Below are positions 28,143 through 38,653 of a stretch of 64,000 nucleotides of DNA, piece after piece (the first letter of the stretch is position 1; every line of letters starts with the position of its first letter). The notes under the pieces were generated by a model that was not told where the DNA came from, did no database searches, and saw nothing but the letters and a program-made list of their open reading frames with translations. Source of the stretch: a virus; the IMG/VR virus record IMGVR_UViG_3300031539_004800; one strand, written 5' to 3'. A program made the position numbers and the translations under genes.

Positions 28143-29345
28143 ATGAGACACAACTTTACTTACGAATCGGCTTTAGTTTTGAAGGATGCAGGCGCCATTG
28201 CTGCATCGGCGGCCGCCCTTGTGGGCGGTGTAGCCAAGATTCTCGATGTCGGTGAGGGCGTTATTGACTGTGAGCTTTTGATTGATATTGCCAGCATTGA
28301 AGTCGATGGATCGGCTGCCCAAGGCGCTCTGACTCTCGATACGAACTGCACGGGCGGCAATTCATCGCAGGGCCTGCTGACATTGGATGTAAATCCCGTC
28401 GATGTAAATGTCGATACCATGACAATCGGCACGACTACGTACAGGTTCCAGGACGTGCCGAGCCTGGTCAATGATATTCTAATTGGTGCTACTGCTGCCG
28501 CAACACAGCTAAACATTTTGGCCACAATCAACGGGACGGGTACGGCAGGGACGGAATATTTCGCAGGGTCTACATCGCCGCACCCCCTGGTCAGAATGGG
28601 GGCGTTTGCTGCTGACGATTCTATCGTTACCGCAATAGCAACGGGCGTAGCGGGCGATACGATAGCAACAACTGAAACGTTTAACGCCGGAACGAATATT
28701 TTCGACGCTGGCACGCTCGGAACGACGGCGGCCGGCGCCGATGGCGATACGATGACAATCGACACGAAGGTTTACTACTTCGATATGAATGGTGCATTGG
28801 ATAATATCGACGGCCATATCGAGGTCGGGGCGGCAACGGCGAACACCCAGGCCAGCATAGTGGAAGCCTTTGTTCTGGGCGGGACGCCCGGGACCGGATA
28901 TGCCGCCCTTATGACGGCGCACCCGACAGTCGATATTGCCGCATTTAGTGTCGCCGACATTGCAATCCTAACTGCCAAGACTAAAGGGGTTGCAAGCGAT
29001 GCGATAGCGACAACCGAGACATTCGACGCGGTCACAAACGTCTTTGATGGGTTAACGCTTGGGGCTACAAGGGCCGGTGCCGATGGCGACGAGCGGTACG
29101 ACATTCTCCTGCAGGGCTCAAACTCCGAGACCTTTGCCAGCGTATATACCGACATTGCGGCTGTAGCGGTTGGGGCGGCTGCGGCCATTAACGGAGATAT
29201 AGTCACGTCTATCGGCAGAATCATCATGCCGTTTAGAAACGAGTTTATGGGAACGGTGTATCGTTATCTCAGGCTCTATACCGTGGTTGCCGGAACGCAT
29301 GTCGGCACAGGTATCAATTACCAGGGCCGAATCTGCAAGGGGTAA
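28143..29345 (+). CDS. Paralogous decoration protein with ~250-aa inserted module
   Basis: N- and C-termini align with the 27629 gene; insert shared with the tail tube gene. Confidence 0.7.
   Translation: MRHNFTYESALVLKDAGAIAASAAALVGGVAKILDVGEGVIDCELLIDIASIEVDGSAAQGALTLDTNCTGGNSSQGLLTLDVNPVDVNVDTMTIGTTTYRFQDVPSLVNDILIGATAAATQLNILATINGTGTAGTEYFAGSTSPHPLVRMGAFAADDSIVTAIATGVAGDTIATTETFNAGTNIFDAGTLGTTAAGADGDTMTIDTKVYYFDMNGALDNIDGHIEVGAATANTQASIVEAFVLGGTPGTGYAALMTAHPTVDIAAFSVADIAILTAKTKGVASDAIATTETFDAVTNVFDGLTLGATRAGADGDERYDILLQGSNSETFASVYTDIAAVAVGAAAAINGDIVTSIGRIIMPFRNEFMGTVYRYLRLYTVVAGTHVGTGINYQGRICKG
28743..28924 (+). repeat. 182-bp exact repeat, copy 1 (within a ~760-bp homologous cassette)
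   Basis: Identical to 40191-40372. Confidence 0.9.
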
Positions 29346-29373
29346 ATCAGGTAAATCATAAAGGGGAATTATT

Positions 29374-29838
29374 ATGGTCGATATCAATGTCGATGTCATG
29401 TTGGCACAAAAGGATGAGGCAATGAAAGCGGCGAGAAAAAGTGCAAGGCCGATTACTGAGGCTATTGACGAGCGGGGCAAGGTCAGTCTTTGGCTCATAG
29501 CTCAAAAGAGATGGATAAAAGTCTGGCCGGTCGATGCTATGGATATTTTGAGATCCGGGACTGCGAATCTGGATGGTCCCGAGCCTGAGCCGGAGATTGT
29601 GCCGGAGCCGGAGCCTGAGCCCGAGATTATGCCTGAGCCGGAGCCTGAATTGCTGGTCAATATGACCATTCCTAAACTCAGGGACTACGCCAAACTGAAC
29701 AATATCGACGTATCCAAAGTGACAAAAAGGGGTGATATTCTCGAAGCAATTCAAGAAGCCGAGAAAGCGAGCGGAGCTACCGACAGCGAAGAAACCGGCT
29801 CGGACGAAGAAACAAACGCTTCCGAAGATCAGGAGTAA
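29374..29838 (+). CDS. Head-associated protein with PE repeats and a HeH/Rho-N-like domain
   Basis: PEPEPE linker; MTIPKLRDYAKLNNIDVSKVTKRGDILEAI. Confidence 0.65.
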   Translation: MVDINVDVMLAQKDEAMKAARKSARPITEAIDERGKVSLWLIAQKRWIKVWPVDAMDILRSGTANLDGPEPEPEIVPEPEPEPEIMPEPEPELLVNMTIPKLRDYAKLNNIDVSKVTKRGDILEAIQEAEKASGATDSEETGSDEETNASEDQE

Positions 29839-29844
29839 CAACAA

Positions 29845-30366
29845 ATGGCTCTTGTAGTTGAGGACGGAACCGGCAAGACGGATGCTGACAGCTATTTGTC
29901 GTTGACCGATGCCGATTCTTACAATTTAGCACATAGCGCCTCTGCGCTGTGGATAGCAGCTACAGAGGCCGTCAAGGAAAAGGCCCTTCGGCTTGCTACT
30001 CAATATCTTGACGTTCGGTATGCAGGACTTTGGAAGGGGGCCAAATGTTCCGATGCTCAGTCGCTTGCATGGCCCCGTATATGGGCGGAAAAGAGCGACA
30101 CTTACGATTCTGCGTATTATGACAGTGACGCAATCCCACAAAAGCTAAAAGATGCAACTGCGGAGCTTGCGTTGCGAGTTGTTGAAGGAGATACACTTTT
30201 TGATGACATAACGAAGCCCGGCGTTATCAGCAGCACAAGCGTCACGGTCGGGCCAATATCAAAGAGCGTGTCATACTCCGGCGGATATAACCAAGTCAAG
30301 AAATATCCACTCATAGACGGCTTAATTAAACAGTTGATAGGCGTGGGAACACTCGAAAGAGGCTAA
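29845..30366 (+). CDS. Head-tail connector (DnaT-like family)
   Basis: MALVVEDGTGKTDADSYLS, QSLAWPR, IPQKLKDATAELA. Confidence 0.85.
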   Translation: MALVVEDGTGKTDADSYLSLTDADSYNLAHSASALWIAATEAVKEKALRLATQYLDVRYAGLWKGAKCSDAQSLAWPRIWAEKSDTYDSAYYDSDAIPQKLKDATAELALRVVEGDTLFDDITKPGVISSTSVTVGPISKSVSYSGGYNQVKKYPLIDGLIKQLIGVGTLERG

Positions 30367-30419
30367 GAAGTTCTTTTTTTTGTTATCTATATAAAATCAC
30401 TTTCCAAAGGGAGGAAAGT

Positions 30420-32081
30420 ATGAACCTGTCATTGGACTATTTTATAAATGAAATAAATACTCATGCCGATTACAAGAAATTGAATCAGGCGGCATGGGAG
30501 CAGAAGATCGAGTATCGAGATATAACGCATCGCTCTCAAAAGGATTTTGATTGTCTTATTCCGATGTACGTTCGCAAAATAAATACTCTACGCGAGCGTC
30601 TTGTCGGAGAATGGAACTTCGATGTGAAAGTTTCTGACGATGGTAAGGCGCTGAAATCCGATGCTGAAATACTGGACGCAGTTAAGGCCAAGATGGATGA
30701 ATGGTATTATGCCAACCAGAAGGAGCAGAGGCTTTTCGACAAGCTGGCTGTCTGTCTCAAAGAAGTTGAACTGCGTGAAAAAGATCTTGTTGTGAGGACT
30801 AATCTGCACGACCAGGCTGATTACTATATCGACTACGACAACGGCAACGATGGAAACGATGGCTTGTCAACCGGCAATGCCTGGAAAACCATAACCAAGT
30901 ACACGACCGATACGGTTAGAACGGCAGGAGACAGGGCTTTTCTCAGGGCAAATATCACTTGGGACCAGGGTACGGAAGCGAAGGACATTACTTTCGATGA
31001 AGATGGAACTGTTGATGATTATATTAGTATTATAGGTTGTGACTCGGTTACTAATGACCCTTGGAGCGACGGCTCTGATGTCAAGCCTATTGTGGATTTT
31101 GAAGATGCTCAGTATCAAGCTCTCGGATTAACAGATGACTTTTGGTGGATTGAAAGGCTCGATATTAGACAATGGGCGGATACTGCTGGAGGATGGCAGG
31201 TTGACAGGTCTTTAGGATGGTATTTCAAAGATTGCTCTTTTTCTGATTCAGCGACATATTCTGCTTTATGGGTGAAAACAGGAGGCCATGCTACTATTGA
31301 TAATTGTTCTTTTAGTGACATCAATCATATAAATGGTCAATTATATATTTCCTCCGGATTGATATTAGTTAAAAATTGTACATTTGACGCCGGTTCTGGA
31401 CTTGGTTCTCAAATCGGCATCTATTGTTATGCTGGTACGTGCTATCTATTAGATTGTATTTTTGAACCCTCTAATAATTTTAGCACTTCATGCATTCAAA
31501 GCCAATACGGCGGGGTGATTTGGGCAAGAAATTGTTCCTATAATGGGACATGGGATAGTTTTTTTGGCTCTTACGATTATACTGGCGGAACTTTTACAGA
31601 AGATTTGGATGCTGTATTTGAATCGCATAGAACGCTTCTTCCTTCTGGGATTATTACGAGAGAGACATCCTCGCCAAGAAGCGGCGGAGCGGACTCTTAT
31701 GCGAAGATGCTTTCAAGTGACCAATGTGGGCCTAACTTTCCTTTGATTCTTGGAGATACTCTACGAGGATTCTCTCGCATCTGGGCATCGGCATCTGTCG
31801 AGATAACGATAACCGTCTATGCGAGAACAGGCTCTGCGTGGGACAGTGCCTTGACAGCATCCGAAGCATTTCTCCGTGCATCATACTTATCCAACGGGGC
31901 ATCCGCCGCTCGAACGGAGATTGATTCCACTCAAACCATAACAAACGATGCTGAATGGACAGCGTTCTCAGTAACAATTACACCCTTACGAACAGGTTGG
32001 GTTTATCTCTGGTTTTATCTGGCCGAGTATGAGGATGCCAGTGAATACATAGACGTTGACATTAAGCCTGTGGTGAGTTAA
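30420..32081 (+). CDS. Virion protein with pectin-lyase-like beta-helix
   Basis: YYIDYDNGNDGNDGLSTGNAWKTI followed by repeated short beta motifs (DCSFS, NCSFS, NCTFD, DCIFE). Confidence 0.6.
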   Translation: MNLSLDYFINEINTHADYKKLNQAAWEQKIEYRDITHRSQKDFDCLIPMYVRKINTLRERLVGEWNFDVKVSDDGKALKSDAEILDAVKAKMDEWYYANQKEQRLFDKLAVCLKEVELREKDLVVRTNLHDQADYYIDYDNGNDGNDGLSTGNAWKTITKYTTDTVRTAGDRAFLRANITWDQGTEAKDITFDEDGTVDDYISIIGCDSVTNDPWSDGSDVKPIVDFEDAQYQALGLTDDFWWIERLDIRQWADTAGGWQVDRSLGWYFKDCSFSDSATYSALWVKTGGHATIDNCSFSDINHINGQLYISSGLILVKNCTFDAGSGLGSQIGIYCYAGTCYLLDCIFEPSNNFSTSCIQSQYGGVIWARNCSYNGTWDSFFGSYDYTGGTFTEDLDAVFESHRTLLPSGIITRETSSPRSGGADSYAKMLSSDQCGPNFPLILGDTLRGFSRIWASASVEITITVYARTGSAWDSALTASEAFLRASYLSNGASAARTEIDSTQTITNDAEWTAFSVTITPLRTGWVYLWFYLAEYEDASEYIDVDIKPVVS

Positions 32082-32242
32082 TGGCACAGAATGAATGGAT
32101 TCTTGGCGAACCGGCAGCTACTCAGTCTGTATATGAATGGATTTTGGGCGAGCCGCATGTCCTGATAGATAATACTGAAGAAGGCCCTGAACCTTCGCCG
32201 ATTATTTACGATTACAGCGTTGCCATAGGAGGAGCGGCGTAA
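32081..32242 (+). CDS. Small protein with a duplicated EWILGEP motif
   Basis: 53-aa ORF coupled to the previous stop. Confidence 0.4.
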   Translation: MAQNEWILGEPAATQSVYEWILGEPHVLIDNTEEGPEPSPIIYDYSVAIGGAA

Positions 32243-32332
32243 GCTATGGCAAATACAGGGGCGAAATATCCGATGACTTCAAAATGCCAGAACAAAGAAC
32301 TTGGCCCGATTACAGGGGAATGGTGGCTGTAA

Positions 32333-35300
32333 ATGGCATTCATATTCCATGATGGTTTTGAAACTGGTGGGGCAGACGCTTGGGCGAGCGTTGTCGGTTC
32401 GCCTACGTTTGTTGTTGGAGCGGCTCATTCTGGTAACTATGGGATGCGGTGTAATCCATCATCGGATGAGGCTCATGTTATGTTCTTAGCGGCGTCAGGT
32501 TATGTACGTGCAGGAACATTTTATATATATATCAACGCCTTGCCCAATGCAGACACTCTTATATGCGGCAGTGCCGGCACGTTAATGACAAATATTAGAT
32601 TAACTACAAACGGCGAGCTTGACTTATATGTAGCAAACACAAAAAAGTTTGATGGCACAACCCAGTTAAGTACCGGCCAGTGGCATCGAATATCGTTTGC
32701 ATCTTTAAGCTTAACACAAAGCTATGTTTGGATCGATGGTAGTCTTGAGCATGACGAGGTAGATTTAAGTTCGGCGTATTGGGGATCATCCGGTTATGGA
32801 TTTGAATTAGGTATTGGTTCGTCAGTAAGTGCAGATATATATTTTGACGATCTTGCTATCAGTGACACTTTAAGCAGTTCTGACCTCGGTGACATCCGAG
32901 TTTTAGCCGCTCGCCCGGTAGGAGAGGGAACTGACCAAGATACTATTTCGGGATACCCTGATGAGGACGCTTGGGGAAATTTAGGAAAAATCACTGATGC
33001 ATTATATACATATCTCGACAGCGATCCGCCAGTTATAACTGACGGTTGTCAATCGGATGGTGATGCTAATATATATCGTTATTCTGTTGTGATGGATGAA
33101 TGTGGCAGCGGCAACCTTGCCGGTATTGGCGGTAGCGATACTATCGTAGCCGTCAATTTCATGTGGTATTACGAAACGGATGGCGGCGGTGCTGATGACT
33201 ACGGCAACAAGGTCATTGTTTCTGATGGTGACTACGTAAATGACAACATAGACGACCCAACTGCCCCTACATGGCTTAAACTTTATGCCGCCGATACTCC
33301 GCAGGGCGCATCTGCATGGTCTCAGGCTTTGGTCAATTCGCTTGAAATGGGCATGGCAAATGTCTCATCAGGCGCTAAAGACGCTTATTGGTACGAAGCC
33401 TATGCGATGGTGGCGTTCAAGGTTGTTGCACCGGCAGGTGACGATTACATACGAACGTTCAATGATGGCGTTGGTATAACAGATGCTCAGACAAAGCTTT
33501 TCGCTTTGATTCGCATTCTCGCAGCGACTCTCGGCGTAACAGATGCGAATACGCATACAAAAACAATGTTTCGCGGATTCGACGAGTCTATGGGTGTTGC
33601 AGACGACAAGAGCAGGAACATCGTGGCATTGCGAACATTGGCTGAGTCTCTTGGAATTACAGATGCAAATATTTCAACGAAAGGTATCTTGCGAACATTG
33701 GCGGATTCACTCGATATTGCCGATTCTCAATTCAAGGGCGAAGGAAAGGTGCTTGCCGACTCAATCGGCGTAACAGATGCCAGGACGTTTGGACAGAGTG
33801 CGATTAGGGTCCTCGCCGAATCTCTGGGATTGACGGATGAGCAAGTCGCTTCGGCGGGATTTATTAAGACGTTGGCTGAGTCGCTTGGATTGACCGATGC
33901 TCAGATTGCTTCGGTGGTATTCAACAAAACGTTGGCCGAGACTTTGGGCTTGACCGATTCAATGGCCGGGACCAAGGGCCAGTTTCGTACTATCGCCGAC
34001 AATCTCGGCTTAACGGACGATGCGGTTCGCAGTTCCGTCATTTTGAGGGTCATATCCGAGTCGCTTGGCATAACCGATTTGCCGTCGAGCATCAGCGTTC
34101 TCGACAGGATAGTCGCCGATACGATCGGGCTGACAGACGCCGGCATGATTAACGGTATTGCCGCAAGAATACTCGAGTCGTTAGGCATTGCAGATTCTAC
34201 TGCGAAAGGTGAAGCTAAGATTATTTCTGATTCGCTTGGTTTGACCGATGAAGCGACAAGAATTATTATTGTTGTCAGGGTCCTCGCCGAGTCGCTTGGC
34301 CTGACCGACAACATATCCAGCTTATTGGCGGAGATCCGGACCGTCTCTGATGATATGGGAATCACCGATCTTATGGCCGCAACCAAGGGGCAATATCGCA
34401 CGGTTGCCGATAGCCTTGGCCTTGTTGACAGCAGTTCTAAGCTTCATATCGCCCTGCGAACATTGTCGGACGATCTGGGACTGACGGACTCGGTTGTAAA
34501 GCTCCTGGCTATCAACAGGATCATAAGCGACAGCGAGGGCCTGACCGACGGGACGGTATTGGCCAGAATGTTGGTAGAGACGGATTCTCTTGGCCTGACC
34601 GATGATTTTACAAAACTGCTGGCACTCGTAAGAACACAAAGCGATGAAGTAGGCTTGACTGATTCCCTGACATCGTTGTTTGCAATTATGAGGACGGTTG
34701 CAGACAGCATAGGATTGACCGATGAAGCAAATAGAATTTGCAGCACCCTTAAGGTTATAGCTGAATCCCTGGGCCTGACCGACAGCGTTTCAAGTGTCTG
34801 GGCGGCTCTGAGAACTGTTGCCGATGATCTTGGCATGACGGACTTAATGTCCGAGGATTTCGTGCCCGGCGGCGAGGCGTTTGTGCGAACAATGAACGAT
34901 GCCCTGGGCCTGACCGACAGCAGTTCCAGGATCCATGTTGCGTTGCGGACCTTGTCTGAAAATCTCGGCTTGACGGACTCTGTTGTAAAGCTGTTCATCG
35001 TCAGCCGGCTTGTAAGTGACAGCGAAGGCATAACGGACGGCGTTGTTTTAAGCAGAGTATTGTTGGTGACGGACGGCCTGGGCATGACAGATAGCCTTAC
35101 GAGGCTGCTGACTATTCTTAGAACTCAGGACGATCCTGTTGGCGTGACCGATTCATTGACTTCCCTATTGTCTATCCTGCGGACGGTCCTCGATGCGATG
35201 GGTATATCCGATTCCCGAACCAAAGATGAGGGTAAGGTGATTGCGGATTCTATCGGCGTTACCGATTCAGTGACCCACGTTTACGCGATCTTAAAAACGA

Positions 35301-36355
35301 TAGCCGATTCTCTCGGAATGGCTGACGATATCGGCCGCGTGTGGACGGTTGTCAGGACTCTTGCCAGCAGTTTAGGCATTACGGACGAGATGGATGCCGA
35401 GGGTATCGGCAATATTCTTAAGACAATAAACAATTCCATCGGCTTAACCGACAGCACATCCAAAACTTTCATCGCCCTGCGTGTTATATCTGAAAGCCTT
35501 GCTATAAGCGATTCAGTAGTAAGCCTGTTTGCCATCAGCAAGCTCGTAAGCGACAGTGAGGGTATTACGGACGGCCTTACATTGAAAAGGGTTTTGGCTG
35601 TCACGGACGCTTTGGGCCTGACGGATGATTTCACAAAGCAATTATCTATCGTGAAAACAGAGAGCGATGAGGTTGGCTTGACCGATGCCCTGGGTTCATT
35701 GCTTGTGATGCTTCGGATGGTGCAAGAGAACATTGGTATCACGGATTCACAATCGAAGGGTGAAGGCAAATCTCTTGCCGACTCAATAGGGCTTACCGAT
35801 TCGGCGTCCCGCGTCTATGTTGCCGTCAAGACGATAGCGGACTCAATGGGCATTGCCGATGACATGGGCCGGATCTGGACCGTGCTAAGAACGGTTGCGG
35901 ATTCGCTTGGCATCACGGATGCAATAGATACCGACGGTGTCGGGAATTATTTCAGGACAATCAATAACGCCCTGGGCATAAGCGACAGTACGGAGAGGGT
36001 GTTTGTAACGCTCCGGGTTCTTTCAGATAATCTCGGCTTGACGGACGCCATGGCGAGCCTCTTTGCGGTCAGCCGGATCATCAGCGATTCGGAGGGGATC
36101 ACAGACGGCATTGCTTTAGGCAGGCTCATAGCATTAACAGACACGCTCGGCATATCCGATTCGGTCACAAAGCTCATCGATTATCTGCGGACACAGGGCG
36201 ATGCCATAGGAACTCTCGACGCCATGATTAGAGTATCTGTGGCAATTCGGTCGATAAACGACAGCATGAATATTACGGATGAAGAAATACATCAGCTTAG
36301 CGGTCTAATGAAGGCCGCCTGGGCATTTATGGTAATGAGGCAAACTCATAACTGA
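32333..36355 (+). CDS. Large virion protein: lectin/LamG-like head plus ~50 tandem ~19-aa repeats
   Basis: R..(A/S)(D/E)SLG(L/I)TD repeats from about aa 370 to the end. Confidence 0.8.
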   Translation: MAFIFHDGFETGGADAWASVVGSPTFVVGAAHSGNYGMRCNPSSDEAHVMFLAASGYVRAGTFYIYINALPNADTLICGSAGTLMTNIRLTTNGELDLYVANTKKFDGTTQLSTGQWHRISFASLSLTQSYVWIDGSLEHDEVDLSSAYWGSSGYGFELGIGSSVSADIYFDDLAISDTLSSSDLGDIRVLAARPVGEGTDQDTISGYPDEDAWGNLGKITDALYTYLDSDPPVITDGCQSDGDANIYRYSVVMDECGSGNLAGIGGSDTIVAVNFMWYYETDGGGADDYGNKVIVSDGDYVNDNIDDPTAPTWLKLYAADTPQGASAWSQALVNSLEMGMANVSSGAKDAYWYEAYAMVAFKVVAPAGDDYIRTFNDGVGITDAQTKLFALIRILAATLGVTDANTHTKTMFRGFDESMGVADDKSRNIVALRTLAESLGITDANISTKGILRTLADSLDIADSQFKGEGKVLADSIGVTDARTFGQSAIRVLAESLGLTDEQVASAGFIKTLAESLGLTDAQIASVVFNKTLAETLGLTDSMAGTKGQFRTIADNLGLTDDAVRSSVILRVISESLGITDLPSSISVLDRIVADTIGLTDAGMINGIAARILESLGIADSTAKGEAKIISDSLGLTDEATRIIIVVRVLAESLGLTDNISSLLAEIRTVSDDMGITDLMAATKGQYRTVADSLGLVDSSSKLHIALRTLSDDLGLTDSVVKLLAINRIISDSEGLTDGTVLARMLVETDSLGLTDDFTKLLALVRTQSDEVGLTDSLTSLFAIMRTVADSIGLTDEANRICSTLKVIAESLGLTDSVSSVWAALRTVADDLGMTDLMSEDFVPGGEAFVRTMNDALGLTDSSSRIHVALRTLSENLGLTDSVVKLFIVSRLVSDSEGITDGVVLSRVLLVTDGLGMTDSLTRLLTILRTQDDPVGVTDSLTSLLSILRTVLDAMGISDSRTKDEGKVIADSIGVTDSVTHVYAILKTIADSLGMADDIGRVWTVVRTLASSLGITDEMDAEGIGNILKTINNSIGLTDSTSKTFIALRVISESLAISDSVVSLFAISKLVSDSEGITDGLTLKRVLAVTDALGLTDDFTKQLSIVKTESDEVGLTDALGSLLVMLRMVQENIGITDSQSKGEGKSLADSIGLTDSASRVYVAVKTIADSMGIADDMGRIWTVLRTVADSLGITDAIDTDGVGNYFRTINNALGISDSTERVFVTLRVLSDNLGLTDAMASLFAVSRIISDSEGITDGIALGRLIALTDTLGISDSVTKLIDYLRTQGDAIGTLDAMIRVSVAIRSINDSMNITDEEIHQLSGLMKAAWAFMVMRQTHN

Positions 36356-36356
36356 A

Positions 36357-36806
36357 ATGAACAAGACCAAGAAAACAAAACTTTCAACAGGTTATCATTA
36401 TACCAGCGAGGAATGTTGGAAGAAGATTCAAGTTGAAGGATTGCAACCTTATAAAATCCGCAGGCAGGAATTCGTACCTATTTTTAAAAGAGATTATATT
36501 GTCGGTATCTGGATTTGGGATATGGTGATTACGGGACTGGCCCACAGGGGCTGCATACTGTATCAAATGGCCTACAAGAATACTGTCAAAGCAGTTCTTT
36601 TACGTGCAAAATTCAATAGAGATAAGATTTTACATGCCCCGAACGATCCTGATGCTAATATCACCCTCCATCATAGCGGTCATATTGAAAATCTTAAATA
36701 TCATACGGGACAGGAGGAAGCTGTAATTGTATGCGAACCTATACCGCCATCGCAAATTGAGCTAATTGAAAAATATTGTTTAATGGATATTTGGAAGGAT
36801 AGATAG
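36357..36806 (+). CDS. Moron protein, possible ADP-ribosyltransferase-like fold
   Basis: YHYTS...IQVEGLQP motif; AT-rich. Confidence 0.4.
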   Translation: MNKTKKTKLSTGYHYTSEECWKKIQVEGLQPYKIRRQEFVPIFKRDYIVGIWIWDMVITGLAHRGCILYQMAYKNTVKAVLLRAKFNRDKILHAPNDPDANITLHHSGHIENLKYHTGQEEAVIVCEPIPPSQIELIEKYCLMDIWKDR

Positions 36807-37084
36807 AAAGGAAGCGAAGCATGAAAAAATTCAAATTCACAGCCGACATAGAGTTTGAGGCCGAGAACATCGACGGTGCCTTTGATTTACTGGAAAAGCA
36901 TTTTCTCAATCTTGTCCACGATACGGATGATGAAGAATCTGGTAATTGGGATGACAATTGGTTTGTCGGCGAAATGAATATAGAGCCAAAGGAGTAAATC
37001 AATAAATAGCTAACTAAGCCAGAAGAAAATCAGGCATAGGCGGGGTAGCTTCCGCTGAGATGCCGTAAACATCGCAGCCTTTTA

Positions 37085-37128
37085 CGGGGGCTTCGAGGTC
37101 GAAAGACTTTGAGGCCCCCTTTTCTTTT
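37085..37128 (+). terminator. Intrinsic terminator
   Basis: 14-bp stem GGGGCTTCGAGGTC-GAAA-GACTTTGAGGCCCC then TTTTCTTTT. Confidence 0.75.
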
Positions 37129-37160
37129 GGCGAAAAAAACTCATTGAAAGGGAATTTGTA

Positions 37161-37673
37161 ATGCAAGCAGAACAAATGAAAAAAGATGGTTTGAGGCTTA
37201 GAGGTGAGGTCATTGCCGTGCTTAGAGGTCCGGACGGCAAAATCAAGCAAAGGCAGGTCACGCATAATCTCGTCACGGAACAGGGCGACTTCTTCGCTGC
37301 GCAGGCAATATTTACAGCCGCTTACGCAACCTGGGGCATGAAGCTCGGAACGGCCTCGACGGCAGCATCAAAAGATGGGGCTGGCAGCTTTATCGCCGTC
37401 GGCGATTATGTGGCTGGTTCGGCCAAGGCCCTCGATGACAGCACGCCAAAGGCAGGGGCAACCGACGATATAGTACAGTTCCGCAGGCTGTGGGCTGCCG
37501 GTGAAGGTACGGACGCCACAATCAATCGCGTTGCTATTGTCGATAACACAACCGCCGCGGGCGAAGCCGATGAGACTCACACCTACGCAATCGCCGTATT
37601 TGCCGCCCAGATCGCCAAGGGTGCGGACGATACTTTGACCGTGACATGGAATGTAACCTATTTGGGTGCATAG
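37161..37673 (+). CDS. Virion structural protein
   Basis: HNLVTEQG, MKLGT, KGADDTLTVTW pattern. Confidence 0.65.
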   Translation: MQAEQMKKDGLRLRGEVIAVLRGPDGKIKQRQVTHNLVTEQGDFFAAQAIFTAAYATWGMKLGTASTAASKDGAGSFIAVGDYVAGSAKALDDSTPKAGATDDIVQFRRLWAAGEGTDATINRVAIVDNTTAAGEADETHTYAIAVFAAQIAKGADDTLTVTWNVTYLGA

Positions 37674-37709
37674 GCTTATGAATCCGATTGGTTGAAGGGA
37701 GCATAAGCA

Positions 37710-38195
37710 ATGCAGATTGTTTACACGGGACAGGCTAATGTTATTGCTTTGCCGCTCGTTGCCAAGGCAAGCGGTAATCCGATCGTCGCCGGCACGGTCA
37801 ATTTTTATTTGCAGGCGGTGAACGGCGATAACGCCGGCAAGTGGTATCGCGGAGCGGATCAGACATGGCAGGCGGCCGAGTCTATCGCCGGGGCTTCGAC
37901 GCTCACAGGGGACGGGCATTGGGGGCTGTCTTTAGCAACCGCCGTCTGGACTAAGGACGTTCAATATTTTGCATACGCTAAAGAATCGGGCGATCTTCAT
38001 ATCCCGGTAGGCAAGGACATTCTGTGCAAGAGCGCAATGACAAAAGTGCTTGCCGCGTGGGCGCTTGGTTTGGCGCGTGATAAAGTTGGCTCTCCAGGCG
38101 TTCAGGAAATTCTCGATCCCGACGATGGCGTTACTGTTATCGCCGAGGTGACAATGAGCACAACAACTCCTTATAGGCAGGTGACGGTGTTATGA
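37710..38195 (+). CDS. Virion structural protein
   Basis: Morphogenesis operon context. Confidence 0.55.
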   Translation: MQIVYTGQANVIALPLVAKASGNPIVAGTVNFYLQAVNGDNAGKWYRGADQTWQAAESIAGASTLTGDGHWGLSLATAVWTKDVQYFAYAKESGDLHIPVGKDILCKSAMTKVLAAWALGLARDKVGSPGVQEILDPDDGVTVIAEVTMSTTTPYRQVTVL

Positions 38196-38653
38196 GTATT
38201 CAGGGTGCGGATTTAGTTGCCGTGTTCTCAGGCGGTTTTCTGGAGGCGATAGATTCTCCGGTCGCTCCAACTGTATCCGGCACGGCTACGGAGCTGGATA
38301 CCGAGCTGCTTGAGGACGTGTTCGAAATCATCGCCGAGGTTGGCAAGACTGTCACTTTTTGGGTTTACCCCGGCGAGACTTACAGCCCGGCAACCGGAAC
38401 AAGCACGCCCGGCGACGCTACGCAATACCCTCTCAAAGTCATTCCGCCTTACTCGATTGATTTGAAGTACGTTGACGGGGATTTGATTAAGGCGGGTGAC
38501 ATGCTTTCCGGTGTCCCGGCAAAGGACATCGAATTTACCCCGGCCAAAGGAATGAGCGTTACGGTTGGAAGTGATATTTGGACAATAATACAGGTCTCTC
38601 CGATATACAGCGGTGAATGGATATGCCTGTATTTGTTCCAGTTAAGGCGTTGA
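38192..38653 (+). CDS. Head-tail adaptor/stopper
   Basis: YSPATG, DGDLIKAGD, LYLFQLRR. Confidence 0.7.
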   Translation: MSIQGADLVAVFSGGFLEAIDSPVAPTVSGTATELDTELLEDVFEIIAEVGKTVTFWVYPGETYSPATGTSTPGDATQYPLKVIPPYSIDLKYVDGDLIKAGDMLSGVPAKDIEFTPAKGMSVTVGSDIWTIIQVSPIYSGEWICLYLFQLRR

